Positions 57,201 through 64,000 of a stretch of 64,000 nucleotides of DNA are shown piece after piece. The position numbers and the translations under genes are program-made. A model generated the notes under the pieces. It worked only from the letters and a program-made list of their open reading frames with translations, was not told where the DNA came from and ran no database searches. Each line of letters starts with the position of its first letter. Positions within the stretch are counted from its first letter, which is position 1. This DNA is from Candidatus Forterrea multitransposorum CG_2015-17_Forterrea_25_41 (GTDB taxonomy: Archaea; Iainarchaeota; Iainarchaeia; Iainarchaeales; CSSED10-239): assembly GCA_009392915.1 (NCBI GenBank), contig CP045477.1:448001-512000 (forward strand). Reading direction: 5' to 3'.

Positions 57201-57461
57201 TTCAATTTCTTGATCTTCGTTTTTTAAAACTGCTCTTACAAGAGCAGTATTTGCTTTTGTATGATGATTAATAAGGTTTGTAAGTTTATCAACTCTTAAT
57301 CTTTTAAGAGAAGTTGCTCCAAAAACAAAAAGTAAAGCATCTACTATATTACTTTTTCCAGAACCATTAGGCCCAACAACAATATGTAGTCCTTTATCAA
57401 AAGGTATTTTAGTATATTCAAAGGATTTGAAATTTTTAATAATAAGTTCTTTTAATTGCAT
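54213..57461 (-). CDS. smc: Chromosome segregation protein SMC
   Basis: N-terminal FKSF...GPNGSGKSNI Walker A, long coiled coils with a central hinge, and C-terminal LSGGEKT...LDEVDAALD. Confidence 0.93.
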   Translation of the reverse strand: MQLKELIIKNFKSFEYTKIPFDKGLHIVVGPNGSGKSNIVDALLFVFGATSLKRLRVDKLTNLINHHTKANTALVRAVLKNEDQEIEVSREIDKEGKSIFSLNGKKQALHEIMSYLNELGLDTDGFNTVQQGDVTKIINLNSEERRTIIDDVSGISLFDARKKEAEVNLKKVKERLDKVNIALNERKPYVEQLREEKDNAIKYKELETLENKYNYNLYKKQIDLYTQEINDYGNDLEEKEEKLNLLTIEKQDGNLKTKELDEKLEQINQELIAHSEKVQTTIGKQLSEINASKEIVTNSLNSSKNNLNYLISENNKASQELSSFVKEIDEIKIIVSNIKTKISEKQKTKDALKIDLDKNKREFEEIKAMQEELYEKLSLENKSLNEKQDLFFEKKSRLNAFSLQKENLEKQNKEIVSRVQSFTEKSKSLTEEISSLEKEISLIFKELEDKEKNLENNIIKKQTLENTLNNLKIDLSSLKKDLSSSSNITDKRKEIKEKVSDFKTFIGFLDEVISLSDSEKSFYVSYVVLKDDSEIKKILSNIDYNLSFVILSALNLGQKELASYFKNSLGSKKPSLSLKDYYFDGFSFRKILYKDTSKLESDILKIESDLKNKKEEYASLIEENSSLLKEINSFKDKKESLNISINTKKAIKQDLTEKLNEESLTKTNQTTILRVSTDISSLENEISSLENDISKISEKKESLEIKLKKFNVSINDSLRNEYDDLISEINLLEQSVISKSSDEKILQEKILNKKDYIEINTNKISKLKEEITILEDRKQDIENRLIKISNDFEEEDIKKNKLYSEKQDVSKRITEISQKIYLYDSQISDLNLSLNNLKILISTNQSKANQIEQNLKLLDLKEEDMVLMDEISLEEISSELRKVKRDKNALGNINFNAIDSYGKLAKEYDEILEKCSILSKEKEEVESMLNEINLKKKTVFIDCFNKINKEFKNIIKQMSKLLSGELVLEGDDILTSKLLINITKNGKTKDIDIMSGGEKTITALAFIFSLYAYRKAPFYILDEVDAALDDYNAGTLLNFVKELAKDTTIISVSHNGAFVSGADQIIGVTLKEHTSVIGLNLK

Positions 57462-57559
57462 TAATAATCAAGGATTTATAATTTTATATTTAGTAAATAT
57501 ACTAAAATATATTATACCAAAATATATTTAAATACTACAATAAAGAAAAAAAAAGAAAA

Positions 57560-58852
57560 TTAGAAGAAATTTTCATTCTTCTTAATTTCTGTCTTTCCAT
57601 ACATATAAGGAACTAAAACTTCAGGAACTTTTATGTTTCCTTCCTTTGTTTGGAAGTTTTCAATAATAGCAACTAAAGTTCTTTGAGTAGGTATAGCTGT
57701 ATTATTTAAAGTATGAACATAATACTTTTCCCCTTGCTTTGTTTTTCCTTTAATGTTAAGACCAATTGCTTGAGCTTCTGTAAGATTTGAACAAGAACCA
57801 AGCTCTATAAAACCATTTCTTCTTGGAGAATGTGCTTCTAAGTCTATTTGTCTGTATTTCATGTCACCTAAATCTCCAGAACAAATCTCTAAAATTCTTA
57901 TTGGAAGACCTAAGCCTTTAAAGATCTCTATAGAGTTATTTTTAAGTTCTTCAAATATTTTTTCAGATTCATCTGCTTTACAGATTACAACTTGCTCTAT
58001 CTTATCAAATTGATGAAGACGGAAAAGACCTCTTTCTTCAATACCATGAGCTCCAATCTCTTTTCTAAAACATGAAGTATAAGAGTAAAGTTTTAAAGGT
58101 AATTTTTCTTCAGGAATAGTCTTATCCATAAACATTGAGATTAATGGATGCTCTGAAGTTCCTATCATGTAAAGGTCTTCATTTTCTATTTTATAGACCA
58201 TATCTTTAAAGAAAGTAAAATCAATAACACCATCACATGCTTTTTTATTAATCATTAATGGTGGTAGGACGTATGTATATCCTTTCTTTGCTAAGATATC
58301 TTGAGCATACCTTATTAAAGCATTGTTAAGTAAAGCAAGATCTCCTAAAAGATAATAAAAGCCTTTACCAGAGTTATCTCTTGAAGAATCAAAGTCTACA
58401 ATGTTTAGTTTTTCTGCAATCTCAGCATGACCTTTTATTTCAAAATCAAAGTCTCTTATTTTCCCATACTCTTCAGTTACAACATTTTCTTTATCATCTT
58501 TACCTATTGGTGTTTCTTTACTTATAAGGTTTGGTATTTGATTTAAGAGCGTATCAATTTCTTCTTTTTGTGTTTTTAAAACAACATCCATTTCTTTTAT
58601 TTTTTCAGGTAAAGCTTTAACTTCAGCTAAGACATCGCTTGCATCTTGACCATTATGTTTTCTTTTTGCAACTTCTTCAGTTAAGATGTTTCTTTGATTT
58701 CTTAATTGATTTGCTTTTTTTAAAGTCTCTCTGTATTCTATATCTAAAGCAATTAATTTTTCTAGGGAAGAAACCTTATGCTCCTGGAATTTCTTCTTTA
58801 AGTTTTCAATAACTGCTTCTTTGTTTTCTCTTATATATTTTATGTCAAGCAT
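57560..58852 (-). CDS. serS: Seryl-tRNA synthetase (standard type)
   Basis: MLDIKYIREN start, N-terminal coiled-coil arm, class II core motifs, GGAGG SD. Confidence 0.95.
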   Translation of the reverse strand: MLDIKYIRENKEAVIENLKKKFQEHKVSSLEKLIALDIEYRETLKKANQLRNQRNILTEEVAKRKHNGQDASDVLAEVKALPEKIKEMDVVLKTQKEEIDTLLNQIPNLISKETPIGKDDKENVVTEEYGKIRDFDFEIKGHAEIAEKLNIVDFDSSRDNSGKGFYYLLGDLALLNNALIRYAQDILAKKGYTYVLPPLMINKKACDGVIDFTFFKDMVYKIENEDLYMIGTSEHPLISMFMDKTIPEEKLPLKLYSYTSCFRKEIGAHGIEERGLFRLHQFDKIEQVVICKADESEKIFEELKNNSIEIFKGLGLPIRILEICSGDLGDMKYRQIDLEAHSPRRNGFIELGSCSNLTEAQAIGLNIKGKTKQGEKYYVHTLNNTAIPTQRTLVAIIENFQTKEGNIKVPEVLVPYMYGKTEIKKNENFF

Positions 58853-58943
58853 AGTAATTTCCTCCTTTTACACTTTTTATGTTAAAATATATATATATTT
58901 ATTATATCAAAACAAATATAAATAGAAAATAAAAAGAAAAAAC

Positions 58944-61571
58944 CTAAGATTCTATTTTCCAGAATCTTTTAGATTTGTTTATTTTCTTTAATAAATCATA
59001 AATAATTACAAAAAATAAACCAATAGAAATAGCAACAACCCATTCAATAAACATTAAAGGAGTTGTTCCAAAAGATACATTTAATGGAGTATAAATAATT
59101 ATAACTGTTGCAGCAATAGAAATTAAGGATGCATAAAATAAATATTTGTTAACTAATGGAGATCTATTTAAAACTCCTTTTCTAAAAGACCTAAAATTAA
59201 AAGCACCTAATATCTCAAGCATAATTAAAGTTAAAAGTGCAGTTGTTGCTGCATGAACTTGATTTAAACCTAAAATATTAAAAGTTATATAGTATACAGT
59301 TAAAGTAAATAATGTCATTAAGATACCAGAAAAGAAAAGTAAAATTAATAGATTTTTAGTTAAGATTTGTCTTTTAATTGGTTTCTCATTCATAATATCA
59401 TTTGAAGATGGATTAAACCCTAAAGCTATTGCTGGAAGATTATCAGTTACAATATTCATAAATAAAATTTGAAGTGGTAAAAGAATAGGTATTGGCCATC
59501 CAAAATTACTAGCAAGCAAAACACCAAAGATAACTATAAATAATTCAGAAAAATTACAAGAAAGTTGATAAGTCATAAACTTTCTAATATTTGTAAAAAT
59601 TGTTCTTCCTTCTTTTACAGCATAAACAATTGTTGCAAAATTATCATCCTTTAAAGTTAAATCAGCAACAGATCTTGAAACATCAGTTCCTGCAATACCC
59701 ATTGCAACTCCAACATGTGCTTCTTTTAAAGCAGGAGCATCATTTACACCATCTCCTGTCATGGTTACAATTTCTCCATTTTCTTTTAAAGCTTTAACAA
59801 TTCTTAATTTATGTTCAGGTCTTACTCTTGCAAAAACAGAAACATCTTTTATAATTTGTTTTAATTCTTCATCTGAAAAATCATCAATTTGAAAACCTTC
59901 TAAAACTTTTCCATCTAAAAGTCCAATTTCTTTTGCAATTGCAATTGCTGTTTCTTTATTATCACCAGTAATCATTTTAACATTTATACCAGCTCTTCTA
60001 CAAAGAGAAATTGTATCTTTAACTTCTTCTCTTGGAGGATCTTCCATTCCAACAAAACCAATAAATATTAATTCTGATTCAAGATCATTATAATTCTTAT
60101 CTTTATAAGCAAACGCTAAAGTCCTTAAAGCTCTTTTTGTCATTTCTTGGTTTTCTGCTAATATTTTTTTAACATCTGATTCTGTTATTTTATAGACTTT
60201 TTCATTTTTTAGAATATGTGTACATTTCTTTAAAACATATTCAATCGCACCCTTAACATACACTTCTTTATTTTCATCTTTAGAAATTAAAACACTCATC
60301 ATTTTTCTTTCAGAAGAAAATGGAATTTCTTCATCTCTAACAATATTAAAATCTTCTTTATAAATACCTGCTTTTGAAGCTAAAACTAAAAGAGAAGCTT
60401 CTGTTGGAGTTCCTGTAATTTTAAAATAATTTTCATTTTCAATTTCTGAAATATAAGAATCATTACAAAGAACTGAAGATTTTAAAAGAAGAGATAAATC
60501 TTTTTCTTTTACAAGATCAATTTCTTTTTTATTATTTAAAAATAAACCATGTTTTTCATAACCAACACCAGTAACATCAAATAATTTGTTATCAATATAT
60601 ATTTTTCTTACAGTCATTTCTCCTTTTGTAATAGTTCCTGTTTTATCTGAACAAATAACTGTTGTTTCTCCTAAAGTTTCAATGATTGACATTCTACTTA
60701 CAACTGCATTCTTTTGTGCCATTCTATAAGCACCTGAAGAAAGAGTAGTTACTAAAACAACAGGAAGACCTTCTGGGAAAGATGCAACTGAAATTGCAAT
60801 AACAAGTATCAATACTTCAACTATAACTTCACTTGTAATAACTGGAGACTTTAATAAAACTAGAATACCTGTTAAGATAGATAAAGAGAGACCAATAAAT
60901 GCAAGAACTTTTGTGATTTTATTTATTTTTTTCTGTAACAATATTTCTTTTTCGGTTCCAGAAATTAATTTTGCAATCTTTCCAAACTTTGTATTCATTC
61001 CTGTATGTGTAACTTTTAAAATAGCTTTTCCTGAAACTACAAAAGATCCCATAAAAGCTTTATTTTCATCAGTTAATTCTTTTTCAGTTGAGATTGTTTT
61101 TCTAACTTCTTTAGATTCTCCTGTAAGAATAGATTCATTTAAAGAAATATTTTTTTCACTTATCAAAACACCATCAGCAGGAACTCTTTCTCCTGTTCTT
61201 AAAATTAAATAATCTCCAGGCACAATTTCACTTGAAGGTATTTCTATTTCTTTTGAGTCTCTAATAACTAAAGAAACAGAAGTTATCATTTTTTTAAGAG
61301 CAGAAACTGCTTTTTCAGCTCTGTATTCTTGGAAAAAACCTACCCCCACAACTAAAAGGATAACTGCTATAACTGTATAACCAGTTGCTGTTTTTCCAAC
61401 TAAAAAAGATAAAAAAGAAGCTGCAAGTAAAAGATAAACTATAAAGTTTGATTTAACTTGTCTTAAAAGAATATCATACCATTTAATTTTATTTACTTCT
61501 ATGATTTCATTAAGACCATATTGTTTTAAATTTTCTTTAGCTTCCTTTGTAGTTAACCCTGTATACTTCAT
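58944..61571 (-). CDS. P-type cation-transporting ATPase (P2, Ca2+-ATPase-like)
   Basis: Cation_ATPase_N (GLTTKEAKENLKQYGLNEI), TGES, phosphorylation site DKTGTIT, and TGDGVNDAPAL. I prefer the ATG at 61571. The ORF-track start at 61592 is a TTG. Confidence 0.93.
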   Translation of the reverse strand: MKYTGLTTKEAKENLKQYGLNEIIEVNKIKWYDILLRQVKSNFIVYLLLAASFLSFLVGKTATGYTVIAVILLVVGVGFFQEYRAEKAVSALKKMITSVSLVIRDSKEIEIPSSEIVPGDYLILRTGERVPADGVLISEKNISLNESILTGESKEVRKTISTEKELTDENKAFMGSFVVSGKAILKVTHTGMNTKFGKIAKLISGTEKEILLQKKINKITKVLAFIGLSLSILTGILVLLKSPVITSEVIVEVLILVIAISVASFPEGLPVVLVTTLSSGAYRMAQKNAVVSRMSIIETLGETTVICSDKTGTITKGEMTVRKIYIDNKLFDVTGVGYEKHGLFLNNKKEIDLVKEKDLSLLLKSSVLCNDSYISEIENENYFKITGTPTEASLLVLASKAGIYKEDFNIVRDEEIPFSSERKMMSVLISKDENKEVYVKGAIEYVLKKCTHILKNEKVYKITESDVKKILAENQEMTKRALRTLAFAYKDKNYNDLESELIFIGFVGMEDPPREEVKDTISLCRRAGINVKMITGDNKETAIAIAKEIGLLDGKVLEGFQIDDFSDEELKQIIKDVSVFARVRPEHKLRIVKALKENGEIVTMTGDGVNDAPALKEAHVGVAMGIAGTDVSRSVADLTLKDDNFATIVYAVKEGRTIFTNIRKFMTYQLSCNFSELFIVIFGVLLASNFGWPIPILLPLQILFMNIVTDNLPAIALGFNPSSNDIMNEKPIKRQILTKNLLILLFFSGILMTLFTLTVYYITFNILGLNQVHAATTALLTLIMLEILGAFNFRSFRKGVLNRSPLVNKYLFYASLISIAATVIIIYTPLNVSFGTTPLMFIEWVVAISIGLFFVIIYDLLKKINKSKRFWKIES

Positions 61572-61658
61572 AAATATCTTTATTTTAAACAAAAATCAGT
61601 TGTTATAATATATGTTGTATATTATATTTATAAAGATATCTTTTAGAAATTATAAAAA

Positions 61659-63359
61659 TTAAACCTCTTCAAAATGAAGGTCTTCTCTGTTTTCAAAAGA
61701 AGAAATATGTTTAAACTTTTCTTCTAAAAATTTCTTTTTATTAAAACCGTGTTTTTCAATCATTGAAGAAATATGCTCTCCACCTAAAAGATCAGGCATA
61801 ATAACATGAGTTGCACCTTCTTTATAAAGACTAAAAGTATTCTCTACATTATTAGAAGTTACAATAATTATTAAATCTTTATTAATCTCTTTTATTTTAT
61901 TAATAAACATTATATTTGATTCATAACTAGAAATAATAGATATAACCATCTTAGTTTCTTTTAGATTAAGATCATCTAAAAGTTCCATGTTTGTAACATC
62001 CCCATAGATACATGGAATTCTTCTTCTTGTAAGTTTTTGAATAGTTAAAGGATCATAATCAACTATTAAAAAATTAATATTATTTCTTTTAAAATGTTTT
62101 AAAAGATCATGGCCTACTCTATCATAACCAAAGACAATAACATCGTGAGGTTTATCTTGATTGTAAGATGCATCATCAACTTTCTTTCCTTGTTTTTCAA
62201 ATATTTTTAAATATTTTGAAATATATGGAAAGATCTTATCAGCATAAATAATCATGTAACTTGAACCAGCCATTGTTATTAAACCAACAGCAGTAACTAA
62301 AGAAAGAATAGTAGTATCAACATGTCCTACAGTTACACCAAGAGCAACTAAAATTAAAGAAAATTCACTAATCTGTGCAACAGTTAAACCTGCTAAAAAA
62401 CCATTTCTTCTTGAATATCCTAATTTACCCATTAGAATAATAACAATTAAAGGATTTCCAATTAAAACAAATAAAGATAAAAGAATAATTGGTACAATGT
62501 ATAAACCTACACTTGAAAAATTCATTTGGTATCCTAAAAGTATAAAGAAAATTACAATAAAGAAATCTCTTATAGGTCTCATTCTAGAACTAATCTCATG
62601 CCTGTAAGGAGACATTGAAAGAGTCATTCCTGCTAAAAAAGCTCCAACTTCAATTGAGAAATTAAAAAAATGAAATACAGCAGATAAAATTAAAGCCCAA
62701 CTTATTGAAAAAAGAATTAAAAGTTCTTGAGATTTTGCTAAAAATTTTGTAAATCTTGGAAGAACATATAAACCTATTAAAAAGAAAATTACAACTAGTA
62801 AAATACCTATTAAAACAGTTTTTATAATTTCAAAAGTAATATTTGTTCCTTGAGAACCTGCAATTGAAGATACAACCATTAATATTAATACAGCTAAGAT
62901 GTCTTGAACTATTAAAAAACCAATAGAAATTTTACCATATAGTCTATTTGTATCTCCTCTATCAGAAAGAAGTTTCATAATAATAATAGTACTACTAAAG
63001 GTAAGAGCTATTGCAATATAAATAGAAATTACTGTTGAAAAACCTAAAAGTATAGATACTAAAAAACCTATTACAGAAGTAAAAATAACTTGACCTAAAC
63101 CAGTAATTAAAGAAACCTTTCCAACTTCTTTTATAATTTTTGGATTTAAGTGAAGCCCTACAACAAACAATAAAAGAGCAATACCAATTTTTGAAAATAA
63201 TTCAATTGTTGATATGTTTGATAAGATATTTAAAGCAGAAACAATAATTCCAGTAACAATATACCCTATAAGTAAAGGTTGTTTTAATTTTTGCATAATT
63301 AAACCAACTAAGGTTGCAATTCCGATAATAAGGGCAATTTCAAAAAATACTTGAATCAT
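61659..63359 (-). CDS. CPA2-family cation/proton antiporter with a C-terminal RCK/TrkA-N domain (KefB/YbaL-like)
   Basis: About 12 TM helices with Kef-like motifs, then a Rossmann-type VIVFGYDRVGHDL. Confidence 0.9.
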   Translation of the reverse strand: MIQVFFEIALIIGIATLVGLIMQKLKQPLLIGYIVTGIIVSALNILSNISTIELFSKIGIALLLFVVGLHLNPKIIKEVGKVSLITGLGQVIFTSVIGFLVSILLGFSTVISIYIAIALTFSSTIIIMKLLSDRGDTNRLYGKISIGFLIVQDILAVLILMVVSSIAGSQGTNITFEIIKTVLIGILLVVIFFLIGLYVLPRFTKFLAKSQELLILFSISWALILSAVFHFFNFSIEVGAFLAGMTLSMSPYRHEISSRMRPIRDFFIVIFFILLGYQMNFSSVGLYIVPIILLSLFVLIGNPLIVIILMGKLGYSRRNGFLAGLTVAQISEFSLILVALGVTVGHVDTTILSLVTAVGLITMAGSSYMIIYADKIFPYISKYLKIFEKQGKKVDDASYNQDKPHDVIVFGYDRVGHDLLKHFKRNNINFLIVDYDPLTIQKLTRRRIPCIYGDVTNMELLDDLNLKETKMVISIISSYESNIMFINKIKEINKDLIIIVTSNNVENTFSLYKEGATHVIMPDLLGGEHISSMIEKHGFNKKKFLEEKFKHISSFENREDLHFEEV

Positions 63360-63434
63360 GTTTTATACACTATTAATAACTTTTTATAAATATATAAAAA
63401 TATAATATAAAACATTTAAAAACAGAACTAATTA

Positions 63435-64000
63435 TTAGTTTTTAAAAATAAGAAACCTTCTTTTTTCAAGGAAAATATTTTTTTTAAAATAAAGATATAA
63501 ACCAAAAAATAATATTGAAAAACCAAGAAAATAACCAGCTAAAACATCTGTAAACCAGTGAATATTAATTATTATTCTTGAAAATCCCATAAAAATAAAT
63601 AATAGTAAAGAAATAATTGAAATAAATTTGTTATTTTTATAAAACAAGAAAAAAATAAAACCAAAAAGAACAACACCCATAGTTGCATGTCCACTTGGAA
63701 AACTTAAAGTTGTAAGAAAAAGATTATCAGGTCTAATTCTTCCAATAATGTGTTTTAAAGAATAAACTATTAAAAGATCTAAAAAAACTAAAACATAGAG
63801 AAGATTAATTTCTTTATGTTTATTTAATAAACTTAAATAAATAGTTAATAGAATAACAATTATTAAAACACCATAAACAGAACCAATTGCAGAGATTATT
63901 TTTGCAAAAGAATAAGTAAAAGTATTTGTTAAATCAACTGTGCTACTGCTTACAAAATTATCTAATGAATTTGTAAGATTTATTTTAAATAAAACTAATA
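63435..64000 (-). CDS. PAP2-family membrane phosphatase; the 5' end lies beyond the right window edge
   Basis: The ORF track starts at an internal Met (63680), but the frame is open to the window end. All three PAP2 motifs are present: KHIIGRIRP, PSGH, SRIIINIHWFTD. Confidence 0.75.
   Translation of the reverse strand, partial: LVLFKINLTNSLDNFVSSSTVDLTNTFTYSFAKIISAIGSVYGVLIIVILLTIYLSLLNKHKEINLLYVLVFLDLLIVYSLKHIIGRIRPDNLFLTTLSFPSGHATMGVVLFGFIFFLFYKNNKFISIISLLLFIFMGFSRIIINIHWFTDVLAGYFLGFSILFFGLYLYFKKNIFLEKRRFLIFKN

Overview
Strongly AT-rich, gene-dense chromosomal segment, mostly transcribed on the minus strand. It is almost certainly from a small-genome archaeon, probably DPANN-like. Archaeal markers: an archaeal-type SRP (7S) RNA, ribosomal protein uL16/L10e, an NMD3-like protein, a Dph2-like fragment, an aCPSF2-type beta-CASP nuclease, archaeal-type AspRS, four CCA-less tRNA genes, a class-III-signal (archaeal type IV) pilin and a FlaK/PibD-type prepilin peptidase. 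GGAGG/GGTGA Shine-Dalgarno motifs sit in front of many starts. Several housekeeping genes look bacterial in type: UvrA, UvrC, ThrRS with an N-terminal editing domain, and a short Adk. Other recognisable genes: FtsZ, SMC, SerRS, Ndk, TrkA/TrkH, a P-type cation ATPase, a CPA2 antiporter with an RCK domain, DedA, PAP2, HAD, methyltransferases, and a DUF5320/NifX-like/DUF134 trio. I saw no rRNA, CRISPR array, transposase, integrase or recognisable defence gene. The main finding is two type-IV-filament (Epd/Tad-like) loci. Locus B (31291-40362) encodes a prepilin peptidase, a 1116-aa FlaI-like protein whose Walker A P-loop is replaced and which has a ~700-aa low-complexity N-terminus with a near-perfect 45-bp tandem repeat, two split platform proteins, a DUF192 protein, and a pilin whose frame continues through a single in-frame TAA into five PKD-like repeats and a lectin-like domain. 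Locus A (20806-24036) has an intact secretion ATPase fused to an N-terminal 2x[4Fe-4S] ferredoxin domain plus two platform proteins, but no pilin or peptidase. Smaller oddities: a membrane-anchored wHTH regulator, an Ala/Lys-rich tail on uL16, UvrC without its (HhH)2 domain, a degenerate Prs paralogue, and unannotated small ORFs.
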